Shown here: piece by piece, positions 38,718 through 51,795 of the stretch
Layout of the letters: each line of letters opens with the position of its first letter
Numbering within the stretch: the first letter of the stretch is position 1
Source of the DNA: Vitrella brassicaformis CCMP3155
Lineage: Eukaryota > Protista > Chromerida
Direction: 5' to 3'
Length of the DNA stretch: 64,000 nt
Assembly (NCBI GenBank): GCA_001179505.1
Contig: CDMY01000304.1
Coordinates: 63,975-127,974, forward strand
Program-made: the position numbers and the translations under genes
The notes under the pieces: model-generated
What the model was told of the DNA's origin: nothing
The model's database searches: none
The model's input: only the letters and a program-made list of their open reading frames with translations

Positions 38718-41700
38718 ATGATGGACCAAGCAAATGACACTTTGGACCACTCGATGTTCATGCGGAGCGAGCTGCTCAACGTGCTTAGCGACGTCAAAAC
38801 CAAAGTCCAGGACAAACTCGGTCAGCAACTGAACGAGCACCACCGTGACGGCGGGCGGCCCCATGGATTGTGTCTGTTCGTTTGGATGATACACGCTGCA
38901 GGTATTGTTGATTTTCCCATCCCTCAGTTCATCATCATTGGCAAGCAGTCGGTGGGCAAGTCGAGACTCATTGAGGCGCTGGCCGGCGAACAGTTCACTT
39001 TCGTCTCGGGCACATTGGGTCTTTCCACGCAAGAGTTTATGGCCGGAGGATTGATCAACATGTCCGTGTGTTGTGTGTCCAGGCTCCCGGCGGCCCACCA
39101 TTATCGAGTTCCGCAACGTCATCGCCAACAGGACGTCCAAATGGCAGGTGGGTTGCATACATACACGACAGGAGCATGGCTGCAGAGCAGGTCTGTGTGT
39201 ATGTGTGAGGAGCTGTCTACAGGTGATGGACAAGAAGACCAACAAGTGGGAGGAGATGCCCGTCAAGAAAGTCATGAGCCTCCTCTCAGAAGCGCACGAG
39301 TCTCTCGGTATCTAGCACGCACGCACCATTCTCGGAGCATTTGTCCGCACGGTTTGTGCCTGTGTGTACCTGAAGGTGCGTCTGTGACGGCCGAGCCCGT
39401 CTACGTGCGCATCGAGTCGGCACACTGTGTCGACATGCAGGTCGTCGATCTGCCAGGCTTTCGCGAATTCGCCATCGACAAGGGCAAAGAGGACCTCGCG
39501 AGGCAGATTGATACACTCGTATACACAGACAGCAACACGCACTAGTGGATGGAAGGAATGCACAGCCGTCCATGACTTGGGCATGTCCGCTTGCAGAACA
39601 TGAGTTTCATGAGCGATTCCCGAAACGTGATGGTCTGTGTCGAGGAGGCAGGTACACACATAGATAGACACGGAGACATGAAGGAAAGATCCGTCTATCT
39701 CTCTATGTGCAGGCGACGCTGCCAATATGTCTACCCTTGCCCGGTGTAAGACCATCGACCCGAGATTCCAAAGGACGGTGCTGGTGCGGAATAAGCTGGA
39801 TAAGTATTACCGGGATCTCACCAACGAGAACGTCAACGCTTGGCTGGTCGGTCCGTCGCTGCACACACACACACACACATACGCCATCCATGAAGCATAC
39901 CTCAATGTCCGGGTGGCTGTAGGACGGCTATGGCGACCTGCCGGTTGACCTGATGAAATTCTGCCTCACATTACCACACTGGAACGAAAAAGAGGCAAGC
40001 AAGCATTTTCCCCCGTGCGCGCACCTGTCTCTCTATATCATGTGGATTTGCCGTCATGTCTCGTTCATGCAGCCGGCCCCCGCGCCCTTTGTCGAGCTGC
40101 GCCAACGCATGGACGCACAGGACGTGCTCGAACTCAAGACCAGGGGGGCCTCAGAAAAGTCCGTCAGCGACACGCACCGTGAATGTGTTTATGTATGGCT
40201 GCATGCGTCGATCAATGCGGTGGGTGTGCAGGTACATGAACACAATTGGCTTCAGGAACTTTTCGTGCTACATGGAACAAAGGATAGAAAGGATGTTCGT
40301 CGACGCCATCGGACCGGTGATTCGAAAGACATACACAGATGCGCGTGTGTCTCGATGGAGACAAATGAGTACTTCTCTCTTTCCCCCTTTACGTGTGTGC
40401 AGGTGGTGAAGAAGCTGCGAGAATTGAAGGAACAGGAGGCGGAACAAGTGGCCTTTCTCAAAGACGAGCTCAAAGACACCAGTACACACATCATTGTGGC
40501 ATCAGTGGTGCACGTGCGAAACGCATTTGGGGCCTTTGTATTGCTGCGTGCGTGTTGTGTGCCTGTGTGTAGACCCCGAGACGATCGTGACGACAATGCG
40601 GGATTGTGGCATGTCGTTTGCGCATGCACTCAACCACGTCATGGAGGGATACGTCAACTCCAACGTACACACCCATTTGCACACACCCCTTGGGCGGAGT
40701 ATCATTGTGTGCTGTTTTCAGGTGGGCAGAGTGACTTTGGAGGAAGAGCTCAGGGACTTTCATGGTACACACACAAATAGACACATATTACCTTTGGACG
40801 GGCGTGTGCGTGCCCACGCGGACACTCCCTCACAGCATTTTACAACGCGCAAGGCGTCGATTGGCCGATGCTGCCGTCAGAGGACTTTGCGGGACTCGGT
40901 CGGTACACACAAGCACCAGCTATGCACAGATATGCATGCGTGATCTGAATGCATGTGTCCGTCTCCTGTCTCCTTGCGTGTGGGGTGCAGATGACTACAT
41001 CGAGTACTTGAAGAGTGACCTGCAGATCGCTGCCTTCGACATAGAGGTCAATGGCGGCGCGCAGTTCAGGCGACTCATGTACGAGACAGAGGTACGTAAC
41101 GTGCGCATAGCATACAATACATGCACATGTGTCTCTCTGTGTATGTGATGTGCATGCAGGTGTTCCTGCGCTTTGCCGAGATCGGGGTGCAAACCTCCAA
41201 GCGTGATGTGGTGCAGGCGAGAGGTCCGTCTCGTCGGCAAACAGACAGAAAGGAACAACTTAGGCATGCGCTCGTGTGCATGGTTGTGTATCCACGCAGG
41301 TGTGTCGATGGGCCAGGTGTCATGGCGAGACGTCATCGTGAAGCTGCTTTCCAACGAGGCACACCTGCCCATGAAGCAGAGAGTCCAGTGAGACACACAC
41401 ACAATGTGATGTATACACATACAACACACGTGTCCATGTTTCCCTGTGTGTGTGTGTACGTGTGTGTGCAGGTATGTGGCCCACAGAATGCGGCGGTTTT
41501 TTGAGCTGCAAAAGGATGTGGTCATCGATTTCATGAGCGGGCTCAAGGTTGGCATGGCACACACGAGTGCAATAACGTACATGCGCGGTGCGGATGTCTC
41601 TCTCTGTGCAGGGGTCGGCTGACGAGCACATGTATTCGGCTCTGTACACAAAGCACGTCAAGCTCATGATGCACAATGAGATGATCAAAGTGAGCCAGCT

Positions 41701-42905
41701 CAAAGGCGCGACGAGAACACGCGACAGATCTGTACACATGTGTGTCCTATTGCGGGACAGAATCTGGTTTTCTCGACATTTGACACGGTGGTTGAGCGTC
41801 AGATGCATCAGTTCCTGGACCTTTTCTCCAACACAATGACATCCACATTCAGGTATGCACACCCATCGAGACAGACAGGGACACATATGTATTCATTCAT
41901 TCTCTGCGTTCGGTCGTTCAGCAATCCCTGGGTGTTCCTCAAGAAGAACAGCACCGTCCTGGAGGTGTGTGTGAAGGAGCAAGGACATGCATTCGTCGCA
42001 TCCGTTGCATTGCATTCGTGTGCCGAGTGTAGGACTCGGATGGCTTTGAGGAGGCGTTGCCGAGTTTTGAGGACACCAAGGCGAGAATACCAATGGTACA
42101 CATGCATTCATGTCATACGCCCGCCCGCCCGCCCCTGTCCATCAACACACACACACGTCTGCGCGCAGGAGATCGGTACACGCAGCGGGATTGACAGCAT
42201 ACTGGCGCGGTGGATCGGCGACATTCCTGTCGAGGCCACGCAGGCAAGAATGAATTGCGCATTGCTTGTGGGTTCGTGTGCATCGGTCCATGAGTACAGA
42301 TGGACGAGGCCGTCGAGAAGGTGCAGTCGCTCGTCAACAAGGCAAGTAGACACACATAAGCACACCAAGCGAGATACGGTGACGGTATGTCTCCCGCTGC
42401 CTCCTTGCAGACTTTTGCTTTCATCAGGTCGCAGATCAGCGACCAGGTCTGCATGCTCGCAACACCCTCACACAAAAGAGCATAGCTGGTCAGCGATGTT
42501 GTGCGTATGTGTGCATGTGTGTGTGTCATTGCAGGTAGAGTTGTTTGCTGAGTCGTTCTTCAAGCTGCCGCTGATGAGGAAAATGGAGGAAGACATGAAG
42601 AGCATCGAACTCAACGACGTACGCACCAGGAACACGCGCACACTGTTCGCATATCGATGTGCGTGTCTCAGGTCGACAAGGAGACATACGAGGTGCGTCG
42701 GCAGTTTTTGGAGCAGACGCTCAAGAGGCACCAGGACGGCCTCAACGGGGTGCAGGAGTGCCTCAACAAACTCACCGCTTTTTCTATGTATGTGTCCAAT
42801 GCATGGCTGCCATTCATGTCTATTCGCGCGTCTGTTTGTGACTGCAGGAAGTTCAAGAGCCGCTCGCCACACACAATTGCCTTCACACACGACAGGAGGC
42901 AATGA
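38718..42905 (+). CDS. Dynamin-related GTPase (resembles the DRP5/ARC5/DlpA-type class more than classical dynamin)
   Basis: G1 IPQFIIIGKQSVGKSRLIEAL, G2 region G|SRRPTIIEF, G3 VVDLPGF, G4 VRNKLDK; helical stalk; ends FTHDRRQ*. Confidence 0.92.
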
Positions 42906-43020
42906 GTGTGAGTGTGTCCTCGTGCGTGTCTCTCCCGTCCGTGTGTTGTCCATTCGCGTCTTGGCCTCTGTATATTTATGAGACATCGTTGTGTGTGTTC
43001 ACTTAACGGATTCATGCGAA
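42518..43020. repeat. ~503 bp direct repeat, copy 1 (last three dynamin exons plus 3' flank)
   Basis: Near-identical to 48217-48720. Confidence 0.95.
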
Positions 43021-43594
43021 CGGACGGTGAATACACTCTTACGTACCACAGCAGAGGTACGTAGCAGTTCCTATATTATGTGACGCGGCGCGGACTCAGC
43101 AAGTAGTCGCCGTCAGCTTCAAGTTGCTCTCGGAAGAGTTTGACCCCCCCGTTGCCCCGTCGCCGTCATCGGCAGGCTCGTCCGTCTGGTGTGGAGCCTT
43201 GCAAGCGGGCACCTCGGACCAGTGCAGCAGGCGCTTGGAACCTGACTGCTCAGTACTGGTCCGAGCTGACCTCTGGGGGCTGGGGGGGGTCTGGCCGTCT
43301 CCGAGTACTGAGTACTGCTAGTAGTACTACCATCGCAACTGTACTGCTACTAGTAGTAGGTCCCTGCGCTCTAGAATGTGGGACTGCTTGCACGCGCAGC
43401 GCACCCCACGTCTACAAGGCCAAGAAAGTGGCCATTTTGAAAGTGGCAGCTACATCCAGCTGCCGACGTCGGAACTTGCCGCACAGGATGCCACCCATCA
43501 TGGACGAACAGGCCATCCCAAGGTCGGTTTGCAATGCTCTCAATGACTCTGAATTACATGTCTGCATTTGTCTGCATGCGTCGTGATACAGTCA

Positions 43595-46500
43595 ATGACA
43601 TCGGGCTCGAGCGACCGTGCCCCTCTGCTAGCGGATGACGAGGGGCTGATAGAGGAGCTCCAGCTGGCTGACGTCACAACAGATGAGCCCTCTCATGCAC
43701 CCAGACGGCTCGAGCAGGTACGACACGCTGTGAGCGTAATCCTGACAGCCGGGAGCACACTTGCAGGTGCCATTGGTGGGTGCCCCGGCCGCCGACGGTT
43801 GGGAACGACTGATGCCCTGAGAGACAGCATCATCAAAGCCATCGATGAATCAGACCCGGAGGGTTTGAGAAAGGCCCTTGCCGATTTGTCGCCTGATCAA
43901 GCGGAGAAAGTGCTGACGACTGGACAATGGGGCGACAAGGAGAATGACTCTGCCATCCACTATGCCGCACGTATACGCCCACATCACATGCATGAGGCAG
44001 CCGTGCATAACAGCCTCAGTGACGTGTGTGCTTCTCAGGACACTGCATCGATGTGGAGCTGTTTGAGGTACTGCTCCAAGACCGACGTCACCTGCTCAAC
44101 CTGAGAAAAAAAAGCGGTCCATGTTCGAGATTCGCTTTTGCTCTGCCACTACCAACCAAGGCTGTCTCTCTCTCCTGTGTGTGCAGTATGGCACCATGCC
44201 TCTTCATTGTGCAGCAGGAGAGAGTGGTGCAGCTCCTGTCGTGGAGAAGTTCGTCGAGTGGGGCGGCGACGGTCTGTTGGAAGCTCAGGAATTCACGGTA
44301 CAGCTCGATCAGAACGTGAAAGAGAGACCGCCCTTTTACTCTCTAAGTCAGGCAAAGCGCACTCCTCTTTACTACGCAGCAGGTCAACCACTTATATAGA
44401 TGGACTATTTCACAAATCCTTCTTTGTTGTCCTTCAGCAAATGACCATCTTGAAGTGGTGGAGTGGATATTGAAGAGGAACCCAGACCTGCTGAAGATCG
44501 GGGGTGTAGTAAGCTGCACTGCACTGACCAATGCGTGTCGAAACCGTCTCTGCTCATAACTCTGACAGGACGGAAAGACGCCGCTGAACATTGCCAAGCC
44601 AAAAGCCGTTGCTGTAATGGTCGCTGTGGCTGGAACCACGGTCATGGAGCTCCTTACAAGTGGTAAATCGCCAGAGCCTCATGGACTTTCGGGAGTGGTA
44701 CCGGGCGTGAAACGATTCCTGAAGGACGGCAGTGAGTCGCCGGGCCTGGACACCCTTCGGTGGTGTTCCGTGTTTCGCCAACTGATGCAGTCGCGGCCAA
44801 AGGATTCTCTCGCAGAGTAAGAGAAGTCTCGCAGCCAGAGCCTCTGTATCCGTTCTGCTTGATGGGCCTGCAGTGATCTTATGAACATAGCAGACTGGCA
44901 GGAGGTAAAGAAGAAAACAGAGCATCCATCACTTCTGAGGCGTCGAATTAGCTCAGGCGTTCACGGCATTCTGCGCCGATACAGATGAAGCGCAGTTCCA
45001 ATACTTACTTGGGGGCAAAGAGAAAGAGTGGTTTGCGCTGCTGGAATCTGCAGAGCCCCTGCAAGTGGTCATACAAGGTGAGCCTCATAAGAGCCTGACT
45101 CCGTCGCCCGCTGCATGTCTCCTTCTCCGTGCTCTGGATCCCTGCGACAGCCAACTCCGTCGCATTCGTGACATGCTTTTGGCGAAACAGATATACTCTC
45201 TCGGACGACGAGCTGTCGCAAATGCTGTCGCCCCGCATAGTTTTCTTCACCCGAGCGCTATCCATGCTTCTGATGTGGCTAGCATATCAATGAAGCAACT
45301 AGTCACATGGCATGGCATCCCTTTGTGTGTGTCAGGGTGGCCTTCGTGCTGCTCCACATCCAGTCGATCAAAGAGGACAGCGGTGTGATGTTGACGTGGC
45401 TATGGGGTACAGTGCTCACAGGTGCGGACAGAGTGACACACATGTTGATCAGGCATGTATCGTCACATGTTGATCAGGTGTGGGATTCATCCTGCTGGAG
45501 ACGTTCCAAGTGCAGAGACATGCTTGATCAACATGTGTGTCACTCGGTGCGTGTGTACTTGCAGGCCATCCGCTTGAAGGCTTCGTACTGGGCAGACTCA
45601 TGGTGTGCGTCAGGCGTGCAATGCCAACTGTGCTGGCCTTCATCTGTGCATCTGCGTGCTGTTGGTGTGGGCTTCAGGAACATCATCGACTTCGCGTGCT
45701 CCCTGTCAATCGCAGGCTTCATTGCCATTCACTTCGCTGGCTGGTCGTCGTCGGCGGAAATGAGCTCAGGGATAGTGATCGCGCTCGGCTTTGCCTTGCG
45801 CCTCCTGCAAACTGCCTCTCTGCACCCCGCCGTCGGGCCACTCATCCTGTGAGGCGGCTAAGGCAACCAGGATTGTGTCTATCATTGTGCTGTTGTCAAC
45901 CATTTGATGTATTCTCAAATGGATCAGGGCCATTCTGAGGATGCTGTCGGACATCAGCATCTTCCTGTTTGTATATCTTTACATCCTGATGGTATTCGCC
46001 GGGATGTTCACTCTTCTCTCATCCGATGGAGACAGCGAATACTTCGGCAACTACGGCAAAGCCATGCTCACACTGTACGTATATGTGTGTGTGGATGAAA
46101 AGAAGACTGCGCCACTCACATGGCTGCAGTTTCTACGCCGGCCTTGGAGACTTTAATGCCGCCTTGGACAAAGCCATCGAGAGCCACGACACCGTGCGCA
46201 CCGTCCTGCTGTTCATCTACGTCGTCCTGTCATCCATCATACTCTGAGCCCCACACGCGCAGCACCACACGCATCGATGGACACGGAATGCCCTCTTTGC
46301 TGTCTCACCATGGTTGCCCTCCAAAACAGCTGAACCTGCTGATCGCCATAATGGTGAGACATACACAGACGAGGAGGATGGAGTGTCCCAAAGCTGATTA
46401 ATGTTCCTGTGTGTGTCAGGCATCTACGTTTGCGGCAATCGAGCAGACACAGACCGCGCAATACCAGTATCATGCGCTGACAAAGCGCATGACAGCGGTA

Positions 46501-47605
46501 TGTCATGAGAGGGTCTGTCCGCTCATGTATGAATGCAGGCTGCTGCGCATTCGCGTCTTGAACGAATTTCTCACTATGCCAATGCACGAACGATTTCCGC
46601 CACCATTCAACCTCATCGGTCGGTGCCCTCAAACTCCGGCATGAGAGATGCATTGTGCGTCCATCATGTGTGGGCATCTGTGTCTGCAGCTGTGACTGTG
46701 TCGGTGCCCTTGCGGTATCTCGCCTCCTTCATAAGCGAAGAGCGGCGACAGCAGTCGGCACTCTATCGCATTGCCTTCTGGTTGATCAAGGCTCTGTACA
46801 CTACCATCGACGCCATCCTGTACGCCATCGCCTTCACGCCCGCACAAATTTATACTCAACTGGAGAGGATTCCATCATACATACAGCAAGGGCGCTACTG
46901 CTGGGCACTCCAAGCGGTGTGTTCCGTCTTCTTGATGCCCCTGCCTCTTCTGTACCAATTACTGGCACCTTCCTCACTCACAGTGAGTGAGGAAAGCAGA
47001 TCGATCCGTCATTTTCCACTTCTGTCGTGCGCTGCCACAGGAGTTTTCTGGGCCCATAGGGGGATTGAGAGCCAAGTGGGATGAAATGACTGACGATGAG
47101 AAAGCTGAAATGAGACGATTTGCACGGTATGGACCCACCGAGGAATGGTATGCCCAAATGAGGCGCTACGAGTACAACAATATCAAAGGCAGCATCGACA
47201 AGTCGATTGCGGCCGCAGATCACCACGACTCCAACTTCCCTGACGTCATGACAGGTGAACCACACACAGCTACATCGACAGTAGCAGGCAGTCGAGCAGG
47301 AGGAGCAAGTTGTGTCTCTTTTGATGCCCTAAAGCGCTGAACATCTTCCAAGAGTACGTCAAAGATGAGGTCCAGCCAGGTGAGAAAGACAATCTAACTA
47401 CCCAGGCTTTCTGCATTTGTTTTCATTTCCAGTCTTGCAAGACGTGCAAACACGAATGACGGACATGGAGACGCACATCAAGACAAAGATGGGAATCAGG
47501 CTGACGAGGATGGAGAGGAATATGGAGCGATTGATAACGATGAAGACGGAGATGGAGACAGACATCAAGGTCATCAAGGCAAAGCTCGAGGAGAAAATGG
47601 GATAG
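43595..47605 (+). CDS. Ankyrin-repeat TRP-like cation channel
   Basis: Ankyrin motifs SAIHYAA, TMPLHCAAG, RTPLYYAA and GKTPLNIA. TM region WNIIDFAC...LRLLQ...VGPLIL|AILRMLSDISIFLFVY; pore region; S6 LNLLIAIM|ASTFAAI; downstream FPPPFNLI; C-terminal coiled coil ending KLEEKMG*. Confidence 0.88.
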
Positions 47606-48216
47606 GAGTGGGACACCGACTGTATGCTCGATGGACATGATAAGATGGTCACCGCACACATACCGACGGCTAATACCATCTTAGCCACCCGGTCTGAATA
47701 CTAACTTGCCCGTTCACACTGGCATCAACTATCTAAAGCAGTTGCACGTTCACATTGGCACCCCATTCAAGGAGTCGCTCGTGCCGACTCGTGCCAATGT
47801 GTGCATTATCTCGAAGGCAGCTCAAAGCGCACAGTTTGTTGTGTGGGACAAGTGGCGAGAAAATTTATCAAATATCCCGAGACACAATGGGTAACCTGAG
47901 GGGGGAAGACGAAAGACAGTCCACCTATCTTGCGCGCATATTTTGCAGATCCTCTCCACCTATTCTGACATCTTTGGCATCGTTCAAATTTTCGTCAGCC
48001 CTTTGTGACCAGAGACCGTCACAATCGTCACCCGCAGCCGGTAGAGGGACACGGAGGCAGACAGCCGAGTGGACGTGTGGCACACAGCTGATGATGCACT
48101 GCAGGCAAGAGAGTGGATAGAGAGAGACAAAAACGGTGACTGACACGCTCACAAACGTATACATGCACCGTGCATACACAGACGACCTCTCTTCGTCCGC
48201 CATGAACCCGGCCATA

Positions 48217-48720
48217 TGTGTGTGTCATTGCAGGTAGAGTTGTTTGCTGAGTCGTTCTTCAAGCTGCCGCTGATGAGGAAAATGGAGGAAGACATGAAGA
48301 GCATCGAACTCAACGACGTACGCACCAGGAACACGCGCACACTGTTCGCATATCGATGTGCGTGTCTCAAGTCGACAGGGAGACATACGAGGTGCGTCGG
48401 CAGTTTTTGGAGCAGACGCTCAAGAGGCACCAGGACGGCCTCAACGGGGTGCAGGAGTGCCTCAACAAACTCACCGCTTTTTCTATGTATGTGTCCAATG
48501 CATGGCTGCCATTCATGTCTATTCGCGCGTCTGTTTGTGACTGCAGGAAGTTCAAGAGCCGCTCGCCACACACAATTGCCTTCACACACGACAGGAGGCA
48601 ATGAGTGTGAGTGTGTCCTCGTGCGTGTCTCTCCCGTCCGTGTGTTGTCCATTCGCGTCTTGGCCCTCTGCACATTTATGAGACATCGTTGTGTGTGTTC
48701 ACTTAACGAATTCATGCGAA
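48217..48720 (+). pseudogene. Duplicated 3' end of the dynamin gene (copy 2) with a damaged splice acceptor
   Basis: ~99% identical to 42518-43020, but tctcag|gtcgacaag has become tctcaagtcgacagg (~48365-48380); no 5' exons precede it. Confidence 0.85.
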
Positions 48721-48976
48721 TTTCCCGCAGCACCACAAGGGGCATGTATACTAGTAGAGGAGATGAGCGGCCGGCCGATGCTGCTGAACGTGTGTATGTG
48801 ATGGTTGGTGTGCCGGTGGAGTCAGGCTTGCCGTGAAATGCGAGCTCGGAAATCTCAGGAATTGAATTGTCGCGCCACGCGAGGCCAATGGGGCGAAATG
48901 TGCGCTGTTTGACGTTCGTAGGATGTAACCATACTGCAAGCAGTCATCGGTCGGTTGCTTGACCGCGGCGCGTAGG

Positions 48977-51795
48977 ATGGCGGCGAGCAGTGCTGCTGGT
49001 AATGACGGCCCGGAGGAGAAGACGAAAGAGGACTTCCACCACCTCTTCACCTTCACAAGCAGTCATAAAGCCGGTACGGTGTGTGAATGCATGCAAGATC
49101 CGCCTCACTGCAATTGCTGCTGTGTGCGTGGGATCCATCAGGGATGGACAAGGTGGACCGGGAGAAGGCCAACCAGATCATCTATGAGATGTCCAAGGAC
49201 AGCAGCTACTTCAAGAATGAGCAGCGCAAGGCCGCAGAAGTGGACAAGCAGATCACAGAGATGCTGGCGAAAGCAGACGCATATCGGTCGGTATCAGGGC
49301 AGACAGACAGGGGAGGGGAGGGGAGGGGAGGCTGGTATGCAATCTGTGCACGTGTGTACGCTGCGCGTGTGTGCTGGATGGTCAGGAACTCGCCGCCCGA
49401 GATGCGCCTGAAGGCCGAGCAGTCGGTGCGTGGGGTGCTGCAGCGTCTGGAGAAGGAGAGGGAGAGCAAGAGGGGCTCATGGTGGTGCCACGTAGACATG
49501 GACATGTTCTACTGCGCCGGTACGTACGTCAAAACACACAGCACGACACACACATCACATCGTCACCTCTGTGTGTCGTCCTGGTTCCCTCAGTCGAGAT
49601 CCGCGACAACCCATCTCTCAAGGACAAGCCCGTGGCTGTGGGCGCCGGACCCCGCTGCACTCTCTGCACCGCCAACTACATCGCGCGCTCGTACGGTGTG
49701 CGCAATGCCATGCCCGGCTTCATCGCGCAGAAGCTCTGCTCAGATAAGGGCGCTACTCTCGTCTTCGTCCCGTAAGGAGTACACACAACGACACACACAC
49801 ACACACACACACACAGGCAGGCAGGCAGGCAGTGTGCTTGCATTTCATTCGTTTCCCTGCTTGTGGCTGTGTTGTTCAGGCCTAGAATGAACAAATACGC
49901 CGAGGAGTCGAAGGTTGTGCGTGAGGTATGGATGTTGACACACACATGGTGGTAGTCTGTGTGTGTGTGTATGTATTGTTCTCGTGTGTGCAGGTGTTGT
50001 CAGAGTTTGATCCTCACCTGAAGATGGGCTCGCTCGACGAGGCCGTCCTCAACCTCACTGACTACCTCAAGTAACCCATCGCCCTCATACGGAGATGGAT
50101 GCTCGTTTTTCTGTGCTGATTGGTCGTCTCTGCAGGAAGAATGGTCTGGACAGTCACGAGGGCAGAGTGCAGATCGCCACACAGATACGTCAGAGGTAGG
50201 TGACGCTCCGCCCACCAAATCGTGCGGACTGCCGTCGATGAATGTGTGTGTGTGTGTGTGTGTCGTCTGTAATCATCAGGATAGCTGAGCGCACTGGAGG
50301 TCTGACGGCGAGCGCAGGCATCGCTCCCGGCCGCATGATTGCGAAGATCGCATCCGACATGAACAAACCCAATGGTACGCACCACAATACACCGAGTGGG
50401 TCCCCAATGGGCTGCTGCTGGCACTCCCTTTGTCACGTGCTCACCGATTAGGTCAGACGATCGTCGAGGAGCGTGATGCAGTGGGCTTCACGGACAACCT
50501 GAGCGTGCGCAAGATACCCGGGGTGGGCAAGGTAAGTACGTCAGCCGTCCGCTGTCTGCCCCGCCAAACACTGGGTGGATCCATCCGAGCGTCCTTTTGT
50601 TTCTGTGTGTGTGTTGTGCTTGCAGGTGGGTGAGCGCAAGCTGGAGGCGCTCAACATCAAGACCTGCCGCGACATCCTCGACAACGCCGTTCTCATCACA
50701 CAGGTGTGTAGGCGAATCGTGGATGCGTCCATCTGTCCATCTTTTCCACGTGTGCGGTGTGGTGGGTGTCAGCTGTTCACCGACCCCTTCAGGCATCTGC
50801 TGCTGCGTGCGGCCATGGGTGTCGACGGCGAGCTCAAGGAGCAGGAGCGTAAGTCGTTCTGCTGCGAGCACACCTTTGACGCGACCGACGACCGCACGAA
50901 GCTCGAGAAAGTGCTCAGGAACATCGCTGCGGCACTCGCAAGTAGGCGACCCATCACCACTATTTGTTGTCACGGATGGACTCGTTGCTGTCGTGTCCTT
51001 GCATGCGTCAGAGGATCTGAAGTCGGATCGCATGAAGAGCAGACACGTCACCATCAAAGTCAAGACGGCCGACTTCAAGGTTCGCAGAATCGACAACACA
51101 CCAGAACCTGTCATCAGCAACACTCCGTTCCTGTCCCTCTCCATGCGGCTGTATGTCAGGAGCGGAGTGTCGCGATGCAGCTCTCGCGCAACACCGACGA
51201 GACCGACGACATCGCCGCTGGCGCGCGCAAGGCCCTCAACAAATACATCGACACACACGGCCTCCCCCGCATCCCGCAGCTGGGCATCAAGTGTGCCGGT
51301 CTGAGCCGCGTCATTGGTGCACACGGAGAGGCAGCGCCTAAGGGCACCATCGACTACCTCCTGCAGCAGCACAAGCACAAGAGGGGCAAGGGCAATGACA
51401 AAGAGGGAACGGTCGCCGAGATCGAGGATGAGCAGATGCAGCCGGAGGACGAACAGATGGACATCGAGATAGCCCACTGTGAGCGACACGCGGACCCGCT
51501 GCCCGATGTCATCGACTTAGACGAGTACGAGGAGCACCCCCACAGCAACCCGCTGCCGCCGTCATCCTCGTTCAGCAGCCGCCCTGCCGCCCCTCTCCCC
51601 CAGAAGCGATCGCGGCCCTCAACCGCTGCACAGCCCAAACCATCGGTCAAGAAGGGCAAGAGGAACAGCGTGCAGCCGGTGTCGGGGCCGATGGACGCGC
51701 TGCTCAAGAGGATGGCTGACAAGAAGGCGGGCGGGGGCGATGGGGGTGGTGGGAGCAGCGCGGCGGGTAAGGGCGATTGGATTGAGCTGGACTGA
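48977..51795 (+). CDS. POLK: DNA polymerase kappa (Y-family, DinB-like)
   Basis: N-clasp HKA|[30 protein letters not shown]; catalytic [10 protein letters not shown]|[17 protein letters not shown]; [20 protein letters not shown]; [10 protein letters not shown]; [24 protein letters not shown]; IPGVGKV; little-finger [10 protein letters not shown]. Confidence 0.97.

Noticed and set aside
43021-48216. Cassette as a classical transposon
   Set aside because: No transposase, RT or Rep/helicase ORF, terminal inverted repeats or LTR hallmarks were seen. It is reported only as a duplication-flanked insertion.
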